DNA of 64,000 nt from Octopus sinensis (taxonomy: Eukaryota). Below are positions 52,770 to 64,000 of the stretch, one piece after another. Every line of letters begins with the position of its first letter. Position 1 is the stretch's first letter. The notes under the pieces are model-generated. The model was not told the origin of the DNA, searched no databases, and saw nothing but the letters and a program-made list of their open reading frames with translations. The DNA lies in assembly GCF_006345805.1 (NCBI RefSeq), contig NC_043001.1, positions 60,946,001 to 61,010,000 on the forward strand, in the 5' to 3' direction. The translations under genes were made by a program, and so were the position numbers.

Positions 52770-53084
52770 ATATATATATTCAAGAATAATATTAAGGAAT
52801 GGCCTTAATAGGCCATTCAACTCACTAAAACGAGCAGCGAAACTCAAACCGCTAAATAGTAGTAATTCAGAAATCAAAGGAAAATTAAAAACATTTACCC
52901 TAATCATCTTTGGACTATGCATAGTTTCGACGTACTTTTTGGCAAACCAGCTTAATTAAATTAAATTAAATTTAATCAAGTCAATTTACCACTGGCCCGT
53001 CTCATCGGCAAAGAAGCCAGGAGAATATATATTCCACGAGGCAACAGCATCGATGCCTCGGGAATATATACTCTATATATATAT

Positions 53085-53450
53085 AGCTCGCAGAAACGTT
53101 AGCACGCCGGGTGAAATGCTTAGCCATATTTCGTCTGCCGCTACGTTCTCAGTTCGAATTCCGCCGAGGTCGACGTTGCCTTTCATCCTTTCCAGGTTGA
53201 TTAAATAAGTACCAGTTACGCACTGGTGTCGATATAATCGACTTCATTCGTTTGACTGTCCTTGTTTGTTCTCTCTGTGTTTAGCCCCTTGTGGGTAGTA
53301 AAGAAATAGGTATTTCGTCTGCCGTTACGTTCTGTGTTCAAATTCCGCCGAGGTCGACTCTGCCTTTCATTCTTTCGGGGTGATAAATTAAGTACAAGTT
53401 ACGCACTGGGGTCGATGTAATCGACTTAATCCCTTTGTCTGTCCTTGTTT
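53085..53450 (+). mobile_element. SINE family A two-unit copy, inverted twin of 50968-51334
   Basis: Shares private variants with the 50968-51334 copy (CCATATTTCG, CTCAGTTCGAATT, GACGTTGCC, TGGTGTCGAT, TACAAGTT). Confidence 0.88.
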
Positions 53451-53539
53451 ATATATATTCTATTATGAATGGCTATGCTTCTACCATATTGTGGTTTCTT
53501 ATTTCTTTGGATCCAGAGTTATCCTTTCAATTGATCCTA

Positions 53540-53917
53540 TTAAATATTGTCTTAGCTACAACATCATGTCTCATCAGTAGATAATACCGTGATGACATTT
53601 TCAGACAATGGCTTACGATGCGGGTGATATCTTCAGTGTCTGAATCGGTTATCACATTTTAATGATTTTCCTGTGTGTCCATCCCTTTTGTGCATCATGT
53701 ATTTCGTTGATATTTCTTCATCCTGAATTGCAAACACATACCCTTTAAAGTGGGAGTTAGTAATCCGATTGTCGGTCCATGATTGACTGCATTCAGGATC
53801 AATGTTACTATCATCGTCGAGTTTTCTGTTAACATATCCAGGCATTGTCTTCTGGTGTATTACGCTCATCCTTTCATCTGAATATATATTTTGCAATAGA
53901 GTAGTGCAACTTCTTTG

Positions 53918-53918
<1 letters not shown>
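53540..53918 (-). mobile_element. R4/Dong-clade RLE retrotransposon fragment
   Basis: KTMPGYV.RKL....IDPECSQSW...TNSHFKGYVFAIQDEEISTKY...CDNRFR, then degenerate HD.VAK. Its 5' side abuts (TA)n. Confidence 0.7.
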
Positions 53919-53958
<40 letters not shown>

Positions 53959-53995
53959 TATATATACATATATATATATACATATATATATATAT

Positions 53996-54575
53996 AGAAT
54001 GGTAGTATACTGTCAATCTAACACGAATGTGACAGTAGGGGGTACACCACCGCTGTTTAGCCCTAGGAAGCATCGACGCCTCCTGATGGCTTTGACACAT
54101 TTTTCCTGTCTCCTTATATACATTTACTGTTAGATTGACAGTATACTACCATTCTATCGCCTCACCACCGTACATGTCTCTACGAGAGATTTAGAAATTT
54201 AGTATTTCTGATTTTGACAATCAGTAAATAGTCTTCACTGAAATTTAGATATATACATTGCGAGTTGAGACAGATATCGTCAGCTGACCGGTGTCCGCTA
54301 CTCTAGGCCGACGAAGGACAATCATCCTGAAACACGTGTCCCTAGATGCAGCACCGGGCGGCTGGGGGTGTTTGTCTCCCCTTCATAAATGTATATAAGG
54401 ACACGGGAAAAATGTGTCAAAGCCATCAGGAGGCATCGATGCTTCCTAGGGCTAAACAGCGGTGTCGTGTACCCCCTACTGTCACGTTCGTGTTAGATTG
54501 ACAGTATACTACCATTCTATCGCCCCACCACCGTGCATGTCTCTACGAGACATTTAGAAATTTAGTATTTCTGAT
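53996..54575 (+). mobile_element. Rearranged PLE terminus between (TA)n arrays
   Basis: Inverted arms 53996-54126 / 54386-54518, direct repeat 54128-54211 / 54491-54575, and a central hammerhead. Confidence 0.75.
54302..54346 (+). ncRNA. Minimal hammerhead, U4C variant
   Basis: TCTAGG-CCGACGA-AGGA(CAATCA)TCCT-GAAACACGTGT-C-CCTAGA: 6-bp stem I, 4-bp stem II, GUC triplet. Confidence 0.72.
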
Positions 54576-55220
54576 ATATATATATATATATATATATGTT
54601 TCGTTTCTCGATTTGGTTTGCAAGATACTTTATATAAGTTCGTGTGTTGAAGCATATTCGGTTGTGTCTGGGGAGAGTCATTCTTTTTTAGTGCCTTACT
54701 ATTTAACAGACTCACCGGTAAAACTTCCACTTATTACTTATTTTTATTTTCTAAAATTTTCGTTGCGTCTTGTAACCTTTTCATTAGTTTTGACTCTGTT
54801 CGTAATTTACACTTCGTTCCCTTTTGTTTGTTTGTGCGTAGGTGTGTGGGTCAGTGTGTGTGTGTATGCCTATACATGCAGGCATGCACGTATGTATGTG
54901 TGTGTGTTTGCATGTGTATGTATGCATATATTGGATTCATAGACGATACACTTACATATCTAAAGCAGTAAAAAATTTAGGTTAGTTTGTGGCGTGTACA
55001 CTTTGCGAATTAATGTTGGTTGATGACTGCAAAAAAGACGCCAGCATACTGTTAATCTTGAAATCAAAAAGCTGTACATATGATTTATGGGGATAATAGG
55101 TGATGAAAATATAAGAAACAAGTGATGGGAAGACTTATATATATGTGGGGGAGAGTATGTGTGTATGTTTGTGTAGGATATACACATACACAGACACACA
55201 CACACACATATATACATACA

Positions 55221-55542
55221 TATATATATATATAAACGGCAGTTTGTCTGTCTGTGTGTCTGTGTGTCTGTCAGGTTGTACCATCACCCTGACCACGGCT
55301 TTCAACCGATTCTGATGAAACTTGACACACACATAGCCCAATGTCATAATTCAAAACTAACGCAGCGAAAACTTTGAAAAGTTCTCCCAGTTCTGAAAAA
55401 AATTGATAAATTCGACATGAAGAGAAGACATTGCAACCTACACATGCGCCTTCGTTCCCTAGAGGGAAAGGACTAGATTGGGATTAGTCGTTGCCTACTA
55501 GGGGCTCTTACATACCCGGGAAACGCCGGGCTATGCTGCTAG
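55221..55542 (+). mobile_element. Non-autonomous Helitron
   Basis: 5' (TA)nTAAA plus GTCTGT repeats, subterminal hairpin CCCGG-GAAACG-CCGGG (55515-55530), 3' CTAG followed by T. Confidence 0.8.
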
Positions 55543-55555
55543 TATATATATAAGT

Positions 55556-55716
55556 GCAAGCGTGACGGTGTGGTAAGAAGCTTGCTTCTCAGTTACATCG
55601 TTATGAGTTCAGTCTCACTAAATGGCACATTGAGCCAATGTTTTCTACTATAGCTTCGGGCAGAACCAAATTCTTGTGAGTGAATTTTGTAGACGGAAAC
55701 CGAAAGAAGCCTGCCA
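55556..55716 (+). mobile_element. SINE family B, diverged 5' half
   Basis: GTGTGGTAAGAAGCTTGCTT, GAGTTCAGTC, GTAGACGGAAAC.GAAAGAAGCC. Confidence 0.7.
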
Positions 55717-55725
55717 AAGCACTGA

Positions 55726-55954
55726 TACCTATTTCTTTACTATCCCCAAGGAGCTAAACATAGAGAGGACAAACAAGGACAGACAAACGGATTAAGTCGA
55801 TTACATCGACTCCAGTGCGTAACTGGTACTGTCGACCCCGAAAGGATGAAAGGCAAAGTTGACCTCGGTGGAATTTGAACTCAGAACGTAAGGACAGACG
55901 AAATACCGCTAAGCATTTCGCCCGGCGTGCTAACGATTCCACCAGCTTGCCGCC
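55726..55954 (-). mobile_element. SINE family A
   Basis: CGACCCCGAAAGGATGAAAGGCAAAG, GCTAAGCATTTCGCCCGGCGTGCTAACG. Confidence 0.85.
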
Positions 55955-56049
55955 CTATCCCACACAACTCCACGTACACACAGGCACACACAGGCACACA
56001 TACTTCCAACTACCAGTAACTTCTACTGACCATTCTCCTACGCACACGT

Positions 56050-56490
56050 GTAGGTAGACACACAACAGGCAGCCACTCCCACCAAAATTCTAACTTTAAA
56101 TACTTCCTATGACCGACCTTAAACGATACTAAGCCCAACCATACACACACACGTGCTATCATTACACACACACATATACCTTCGCGCACGCACATACCAA
56201 CGCATACACACACGTACCTCCTTCTCTTGCACTCTCCTGTCTTTGAAATAACTTTCTCTTCACCCATCTCCTTCCGGTCATTTCAATATGTGACCGCGTG
56301 TGTATCGTTGTCGATTTTCTTTCTCCGTCTTCTCTTCTTTGGGATTTTTCCTTTTTTCTATATTTCTGTCGAAAAGCTCCACTCAAAACGTGAAATCATC
56401 CTTCTTTCTTTCCTTCCCTGAGCGTCCAATAATACTATACTTATTCCACGTCCTAGAGTCGTGTTTTCTCTTTGTTCATGTTTGGATTAA
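56050..56490 (+). mobile_element. Old PLE 3' tail related to 7140-7390 and 16330-16600
   Basis: TTCTGTCGAAAAGCTCCACTCAAAACGT (56364-56391) and TTCCCTGAGCGTCC. Confidence 0.55.
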
Positions 56491-56499
56491 CTATATGCA

Positions 56500-57118
56500 T
56501 GTGTGTGTGCATGCACACGCATGTGTATGTTGTCACGCCACTACCGCTTGACAACCGGTGCTGGTGCATTCATGCCCCCCTAACTTAACGTTTTGGCAAA
56601 ACAGACTAATAGAATAAGTACCAGGCTTATAATAAATAAGTACTGAGTTAGATACATGCGACTAAATATTCTTCAGGGCTGTGCCCTTGCATGGCTGCAG
56701 TCTAATGACTGAAACAGGTGAAAGATATAATATAACAGCAATACATGCAAGTATCCATTATCAAATGACTTCCAGTCATAGAAAATTCATTTTTTTAAAT
56801 ATTAGTTAAGATTATTGAACTTTAGTATCCAACATACCCTTGGGTGATGCTTGGTTGCAAATTTGAATGGGTCGAATATGCATGAATGATTGCTTCAGCT
56901 GCTCGCAGATCTGTGTTTTTACATCATGTTAGGCTTCTGTTGTAAGGTTTTATTCTTTTCAATATTTGTTTGATGGGATTTTCAGTATTCATTGGATATC
57001 ATTTCCTCTTCAGATTCAGTCCCACAGCGTGGCACCTTGGGCAAGTGTCTTCTACTATAGCTTCAGACTAAGTAAATCCTTATAAGCTAATTCAGTCGAC
57101 GGAAACTGAAAGAAGCCA
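56500..57118 (+). mobile_element. SINE family B fragments (56500-56725 3' half; 57010-57118 5' half)
   Basis: GCTTGACAACCG.TGCTGGTG, ATAGAATAAGTAC, GGCACCTTGGGCAAGTGTCTTCTACTATAGC. Confidence 0.7.
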
Positions 57119-57137
57119 GTCCTAAATACAAGTGCGT

Positions 57138-57232
<95 letters not shown>

Positions 57233-58254
57233 TGTGTTCGGACATGTGCTCTTTGTGTCTGTATTTATCTTCCGCCAGCGCTTCACAATCTCTTTTTCAC
57301 TAAAAGAACCGAGATAATACGTACAAGGATTAAAACAAATGAATATTGAGATTGATTAATTCGATTAAAAATTCTTCAAGACGATGCTACATCATGGCAG
57401 TGCTCTAATGACTGAAACAAATAATATATTCATATGCTGTTGAAAATTCATTATGCAATAATATTCGTCAAAAGAATTGCTATCGTATAATTACCTACCC
57501 ATATTCTTCATGAATATATGCATGCTCATCTTTCATTTTAACATTGTTAAGTATGAACAATATTTCATTTTAAAATTACACGTCAAAATTTTATAAGTAA
57601 ATTGCTGCTAAATACTTTGAAATTGTATCAACATCCTTTCACAAGATTCTACAATAGGAAAGACTTCTGTATTTTGTTAATTTGTTTATTACTTTTCCTT
57701 TTTTTGTCTCTTACAGCATGAATATGTGACCGAGATACTTAAACTTTTCCAATTCCCATAGTCGTGTTCCATTAAGCTGCAAAGCCGATATCTCAGTCTT
57801 CCCAACATAAATTTTAATCATTGTGTTGTATTACTTTGCATGCAACTCATTCAGTGCATGCTGGAGACCACCTTCTCACAAGCCAAGTAGCACCAAGTCG
57901 TCTGCAAATAACGGCCGATCGATTCTTCATTCATCGATTGTGATACTACTTCCACAACAACTGTACATGTAATTCCAGTTCATAAAAATTATGAAAAATG
58001 ATGTGGCAATATGTTCTATAATAAAAATATAGCAATAAGACCAGCATCACCCACGATGAAGTGTTTCGAGATTGCACCAAATACTATAATACAAACATCT
58101 GGGCATTGCGACAGTAAGTTTCATGTTTTAAAAGAGAGAGAGAAAGAAAAAGAGAGAAAAGGAGAGAGAAAGAGAGAGAGAGAGAAAGAGAGAAAGAGAG
58201 GGAATCTTTTGTGGAAACTCGGAGAGTCCCCGTTAAATCTAAGCTAGATGTCTA

Positions 58255-58560
58255 GAAATGAGATATAGGAAATTGCTGAGCCAAGATAGCTCAAGAACAG
58301 ATTAGATTCCATCATGGACGGGGCACAACAGACTAGATAGTCACCCAAAGGCAGGTCTTCGAGAAATCTTCAGAATATTGCTTAGAGGTGTACGCTGATT
58401 TTGTTTGAAGACGAGATGGTTACGCTTGGGAATCTAGATGAAAACTGTAATGACAGGGGACTCTGGTAGTACTCTATGCAGGATACGATTGAGGACGCAA
58501 CCTCCATAACCATCCTAGGGACTGTGGATGGAAAAAACAAATGGGTGGATGGACTTATTT
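58255..58560 (+). mobile_element. RTE LINE RT relic with internal deletion
   Basis: EQIRFHHGRGTTD.I.TQRQ (EQ.GFR.GRGT.DQI motif), EK..EY, then TILG.VDG..KW.DG typical of RTE 3' ends. Confidence 0.5.
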
Positions 58561-61500
58561 CTCCGAATTTCTATTTCAAATAAGAATAGATATAGATCAA
58601 ATACATTCACGAATATTAAAATACTTTTTCACTTACCGCAAATTCATTGGAGACCTGAATATATACATGTTTCTTTAATGTTAATGCTGCTCCAAGACAA
58701 TATTGGTGTAATAACGTTAGTAGCGGATATATTTAAGCCGAAAACATCTCGGCTTTCATTGCAGAACTCTCATGTTTATAACTTCCTTCATTATTTAGAG
58801 GATAATATATAGTTTCAGATAAATCTTGCTGCTATTGTAGCAACGTTGTTGAATATACAGAGATACAGTCATTGCCTGCAAACTCTTTTGTAGGTATGTC
58901 ATAGATTCTTGTGACATTAATATTACTGCCCTTGAAAATTGAATGCCAAGGAAATGATGCGCATTTCAATGCTTGAGATAATTTCTACAGCTATATCTTC
59001 TGACAAATATGTATTAAATTTTATTCTCATTAGATAGTAGAAGTTGCAGAATAAGTGGTCATTTTCCTGCTTGAAAGACATTTAATACCAATGACTGTTA
59101 ACACCGCTTCGAATATAATGAATTAGCCTTCTATTTTCCAATGGACAAGATGAGAGCTAGCTGTAGCAGAGTACATTCCATTTAATTAGGCGTAATTAAT
59201 GATCTTGACAGATTTTATCATATAGCTTAACCTGAGTTATGTGTATAAGGTTTACTAATTTTCAGCGAACCTTAAATGGCAATAAAGCTACATTAGACCG
59301 AAATTGATGTTATTGTTCTTGGTGTTAAGTTGTAGCCCTAATCACTGCCAAAGTAGAAGGGGAAATAATGAAAGTCATAGCATGGTTACTAACCCTGTAA
59401 GGTCTGCAGCATAAAATATTGCATATAATCTGAATCTCCTCTATAATTTACAAAAGGAAGTGAATAGGCAATAAGAAATAGAAAGAATGCATGAAATTTG
59501 ATTTCTTTATGGAGAAACTTAAATATAAATAGCGTATTTGACTCTCGATTAAGGAAAGTGGTAAAATATATGTTAGCAACACAATTGCAGGATAAGGATA
59601 TTCTATTAACGTAGATAAATATCAATAACTTGTAAGCTTTCTTGTATAACAGTGATACATAAAAACGATCAATAGACTTCGCAACATAGAATAACTTTTA
59701 TTTCTAAATTGCCTGAATTATCGTTACAAATCTGTCTTCAAACGAAACGTAACCGCCACATTGATTATTTTGTTGCTCACTCTAGTTTCGTGCTATCTGT
59801 CGTCTCATTAACATTATCTATCTGGTATTTTCATTCCTCTCCTTTTGTCCCTACAAATATTAATATTTAGCACTTCAAACGTGAAATAATCCACCCTATA
59901 CTTATCTAAATTTACCCTTTACCTAAATGACGTTGATTCGAATAATAGCAATTTGAATATGCAAATATATAGATGTGATTGAAAACATAACAATCGAATT
60001 TGAAAATCCCAAGGCTCCAACGTTTGGGCGGTATCGTTTAGAATTATATAGAATTTTAAGTTGAAATGGCTGTGTGTGAAAAGAAAATTGTAAGGTGCTT
60101 TCAAATAAGAATAGATATAGATCAACATGGATGGAGCAAACTTTATTACAATCAGTATATACTACGATAATCTCCTTTGATGCAAAACGTGAAATGAAAA
60201 GTATTAAACCTATACGCTGTAATGTGAACGATGATGATTGAAATATGTACATCATAGATGTTGTGTATATTTGTAAGTGAATCGGTTTGTGTAATCAGGT
60301 GTATTGTAGTCAAAATGTATGTTCGATGTTTAGTTATATGACAAACGCAATCTTAATCGTAAGGTGAAATCTAAGTTTAATAGGAATTGTAAACAGCGTA
60401 TTTAATTCGATTCAGTACACACCGGTGTATGGCGCTTTAGAAACAATAAAAATAAAATGAAAAGTAGGAGTATCCAAATATACATTGAATATAAATGCCA
60501 TGCATGTTTTTAACTACACTACTAATTAGATTTCTACTAGATTTCAATAACGCCATTCATTTAAACTCCACAAATAGGAAGGTTTTACGAGAAAATTATC
60601 CTTTTGCTAAAAACTTGCTTTTAGCATTGCACTCAAAACCACAGCCGATCAAACCCCCACATTTCTGTTATTATCGATGTTTTAGTATATTAAGTTAAAA
60701 ATAAGACAGTTTACTTGATTACTAAACACAAGAATTCTTAGAACATGATAGCATTTCAACTATCATACGTTTGTCTATTAAAATATTCGTTTAAACTGTA
60801 TCTCTAAGAAAATTCTGACAAAACTACTCACATTTAAATTAAATTAGCTAAGAAGGAAAACTAAGTTAGACGAAGGGTCTATACTTAAATAAGTTAAATG
60901 GGGCGCTGTACTGAATGATGTACACAGAACTTTCAAACACAAAACACACATAACCACCCCAGTTGTGAAATAGAAGCAATGCCAAGGAGCATCCATTTTA
61001 AGCAACTCTCACGTAAATGAAGAAGTAATTCCGGGAATTGATAAAAGCATACTCTCAACGTTCTTTTACATTTTTAACAGAAATCCGATTTAAAGTTTCT
61101 GCAATGACATTTGGACATATATTTCAACACAAACTGCCGCAGTTAACTCAAAACTCCCGGACCAAATACCACTGTTTGAAGACTGCAATTGATTTTCGGC
61201 TAGGTAAATTGCATAATATGCTAATATCATTAAGCAAAATAAATCTCTCAAATAGACCAATGGTATCAATCTCAATATTACTTACACTTAGGCACCAGCT
61301 ATGAGAGTACGAGTCGAAGACTTCTTATACGACACATATACAGTGATACACACATATATTTATAAATCATCCTCCTATTTCATAACTTATTTTTTTATAA
61401 ATGATATATTATATCGTATCCATAACCGAGTGTTAACTGATTTCTTCTTATAACCTCTTGAATTGATTATAATAAAACCACTTACCTGCTTCTCTGATAA

Positions 61501-62718
61501 CAGGAAATTATAGAGCCACAACTATATTCAACACATCTGCTACACTTCAGCCCATTTTGCCATATCGTCCGTTGCAATGACGAACACTAGAAAATATACC
61601 GGAAAATACAAATATTAGCATCAAGTAAACATGAATATCCATAGACATTCTAACCGCTGGTGATTACAGCAAATTATTATAAAAATTACAGGCACAACCT
61701 AGATAACTACAGGCGGATTTTCTTCGTTAATATATCTTTTTACGCAGAGTAGAACTCCGGTTGAACACTAGTCCCAGCAGCCATAGCGAAATAAATTGTA
61801 TCGTGAAAAATATGAACAACAGAGCCCACTATGCGATATAGTATCCACATTGAGTAGCGTTTTTATTATATAATTGTTAGCAAATACACTTTGAAGGATC
61901 AAATACTATTTAAGTTGCTTCATTAAGTAACTATGACGGTACGTAAATTCTGCGATGTTTCATAGGTATAAAGAGCAACAGAAGTAATACATATACTCTA
62001 ATGTTTATATATTTATATTTTATCAAGGACAATAATAACAAGGTAGTATATAAGCTGCATTGCTGTGATTATACCATTTTTCAATATGAGTTCTAAAGCT
62101 GACGCCATCAAATTCTATTGCAGTATCTCATGTTTTTTTTTGTTTATTTTTTTGGTTTGGATATATCATTATCAATTTTCTAAGGACATCAGAATATAGT
62201 ATTAAATCAATATTTATAAATCTGGACTGAGAAAGTTTGTTTGTTCGTCTGGTTTGGGCATTGGAACGGTTTAAAGAGCAATAGATCCCGTCAGATTTGC
62301 TCCAAAATTTACAGGGACATGTAAAATGAGGGGAAGATGTGAGTGGGCTTGATTAGAAATCCATATCTCAACAGCTGTGGTTACTAGGGCAAAAAAACCC
62401 ACACTTTGACATGTCTACTCTCATTCTCTTATCTGCCTGTCTTCCTCCGTCTCTCTGTCTTTCCTCCCTTCCCTCCACATTCTTTCTATAACGACGTGTG
62501 ACAGATCAACTATCTTTCCCCAACCGACTTCGCCAGCGGTCTCACTCTTTCTCCCACATCCTCCACCCCCTCTCTCTCTCTCTACTTCTGTCTGCATTCA
62601 TAGAGAGAATTATTATCGCCACCACGATAATTATTGAGTTAATTTATATGTGTGTGTGTGTTCTGTATATAAATATGTATATATAATGTATATATCTGTA
62701 TTTATATATATACATATG

Positions 62719-62748
<30 letters not shown>

Positions 62749-62749
<1 letters not shown>

Positions 62750-62875
62750 ATCACCGTGATCACCGTGACCGACCAGACTATCAGATGTTGCTACACATCG
62801 CCGGACACAATGCGCTTCGCATTGTTTTTTAGCGTTCAAATGACGCCACTCCGTTGGCCAAGCGAGCAGGCCAAT
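62749..62875. repeat. Short GC-richer unit between microsatellites, with a perfect hairpin
   Basis: ACAATGCG-CTT-CGCATTGT 8-bp stem at ~62807-62825. Probably a TE end; class unknown. Confidence 0.3.
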
Positions 62876-62918
62876 ATATATATATAATTTGAATACATTG
62901 GTTATATATATAATGTGT

Positions 62919-63002
<84 letters not shown>

Positions 63003-63038
63003 TGCGTATATATGTGCATAAATATATTTAATGCGTAG

Positions 63039-63070
<32 letters not shown>

Positions 63071-64000
63071 ATGTGTACATTATGTGGTCGGTTGAGCTGA
63101 AAATATGCACACCTATGTTAAAAGTGCTGGCGATTTTGCATGGCAACAATTTTTTTTTTCCTCAAATGACCTCTAGGACAAAATTCCTCATCTTATAAAA
63201 TGTAGACCCGAATGAAATCGTGTTATATTAACCAATATGTGAAAAGGGGTCTAAATGGGGCTGGAAGGGGATTAAAATTTACAGGAGAAGGTGTTTAGAA
63301 ATTCTCAGTTACAGCAAGCTAAAAATTTGCGCCAGCCTATAAATCGTCAATGTGTTGCCGTCCATAAAAAGAAGTTTTGAATGCTTGCCATGGTGAGTCT
63401 ACATTTTACGCGACCCGTTAAACTGCCATGGTGAGCCTACTATCCTCAGATTCTATCCCTTCAAACTTTGGTTTCCAATTTTTTTTTATTTGTTTCAACT
63501 CGCAAGTCCGTCTGTCCCTTTTAAATGTTAGTGTTTTGTTGTCTGCCTTGAAGCAGACCTTTCCGTTGTCACTGCCTAATATTTATGATTGATCTTTAAA
63601 TATATTTTCTTTCACAACTTACTCAAGATCTTTTGTTGTTTATAGATGCGAGAGAGATAGATAAAGATAGAGAGTAAGAGAAAGCGAGGGATAGTCCGAG
63701 AGAAAGGAAGAGTAAGAGAGTGGGAAAGTGAGAGAGAAAGGAGAGAGAAACAAAGAGGGAGAATGTGGCGATAAACAACAGAAAGGAATGTAACAACCAC
63801 ACATTTACCTGCGCGTAGAGCGGGTCACGGCAAGTAAGTTATTATTTAAAAACGAACGTTTATCATATAGGGCAAGAGTCGATATGGTCCGCCATCTGTA
63901 TTTTTATGAACTTACTAGAAATATGCCACTGGAAAACACTGAAAAACTGTCGTCAGAGTGTATGTAAAAACTGAGTAGGGAACAATTGTTTCATTAGTGT

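Noticed and set aside
59712-59760. CTGAATT...GAAACGTA hammerhead candidate
   Set aside because: G8/A9 absent and stems unconvincing; same verdict for GAAACGTA at ~29076 and GAAACATGTT at ~20410.

Overview
AT-rich, microsatellite-dense animal DNA that looks intergenic or intronic. I could not support any host protein-coding exon, tRNA, rRNA or CRISPR array. The SINE families and repeat landscape suggest an octopod cephalopod (inference). Recognisable content is almost entirely transposable elements: (i) at least eight Penelope-like element (PLE) pieces, including a near-complete RT + GIY-YIG element at ~12.7-16.6 kb broken by two -1 frameshifts; (ii) a decayed CR1-type LINE (~2.4-6.4 kb) and RTE relics; (iii) R4/Dong-type retroelement fragments and a 550-bp non-coding element sitting in (TAA)n arrays; (iv) three mariner relics, a non-autonomous Helitron, an internally deleted Gypsy element and many tRNA-derived SINEs. 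The main signal missed by the ORF track is a set of minimal type I hammerhead ribozyme motifs at PLE ends. They use family-specific palindromic stem III sequences (ACGT, ACCGGT, ACATGT, ACACGTGT, ACAGCTGT) and several non-canonical cores (compensatory U3-A8, U4C, A6U, C3-A8 mismatch). Many lie in fold-back inverted repeats, two copies have lost stem II precisely, and one deletion junction maps next to a predicted cleavage site. All family assignments come from motif recognition by eye; no database search was run.
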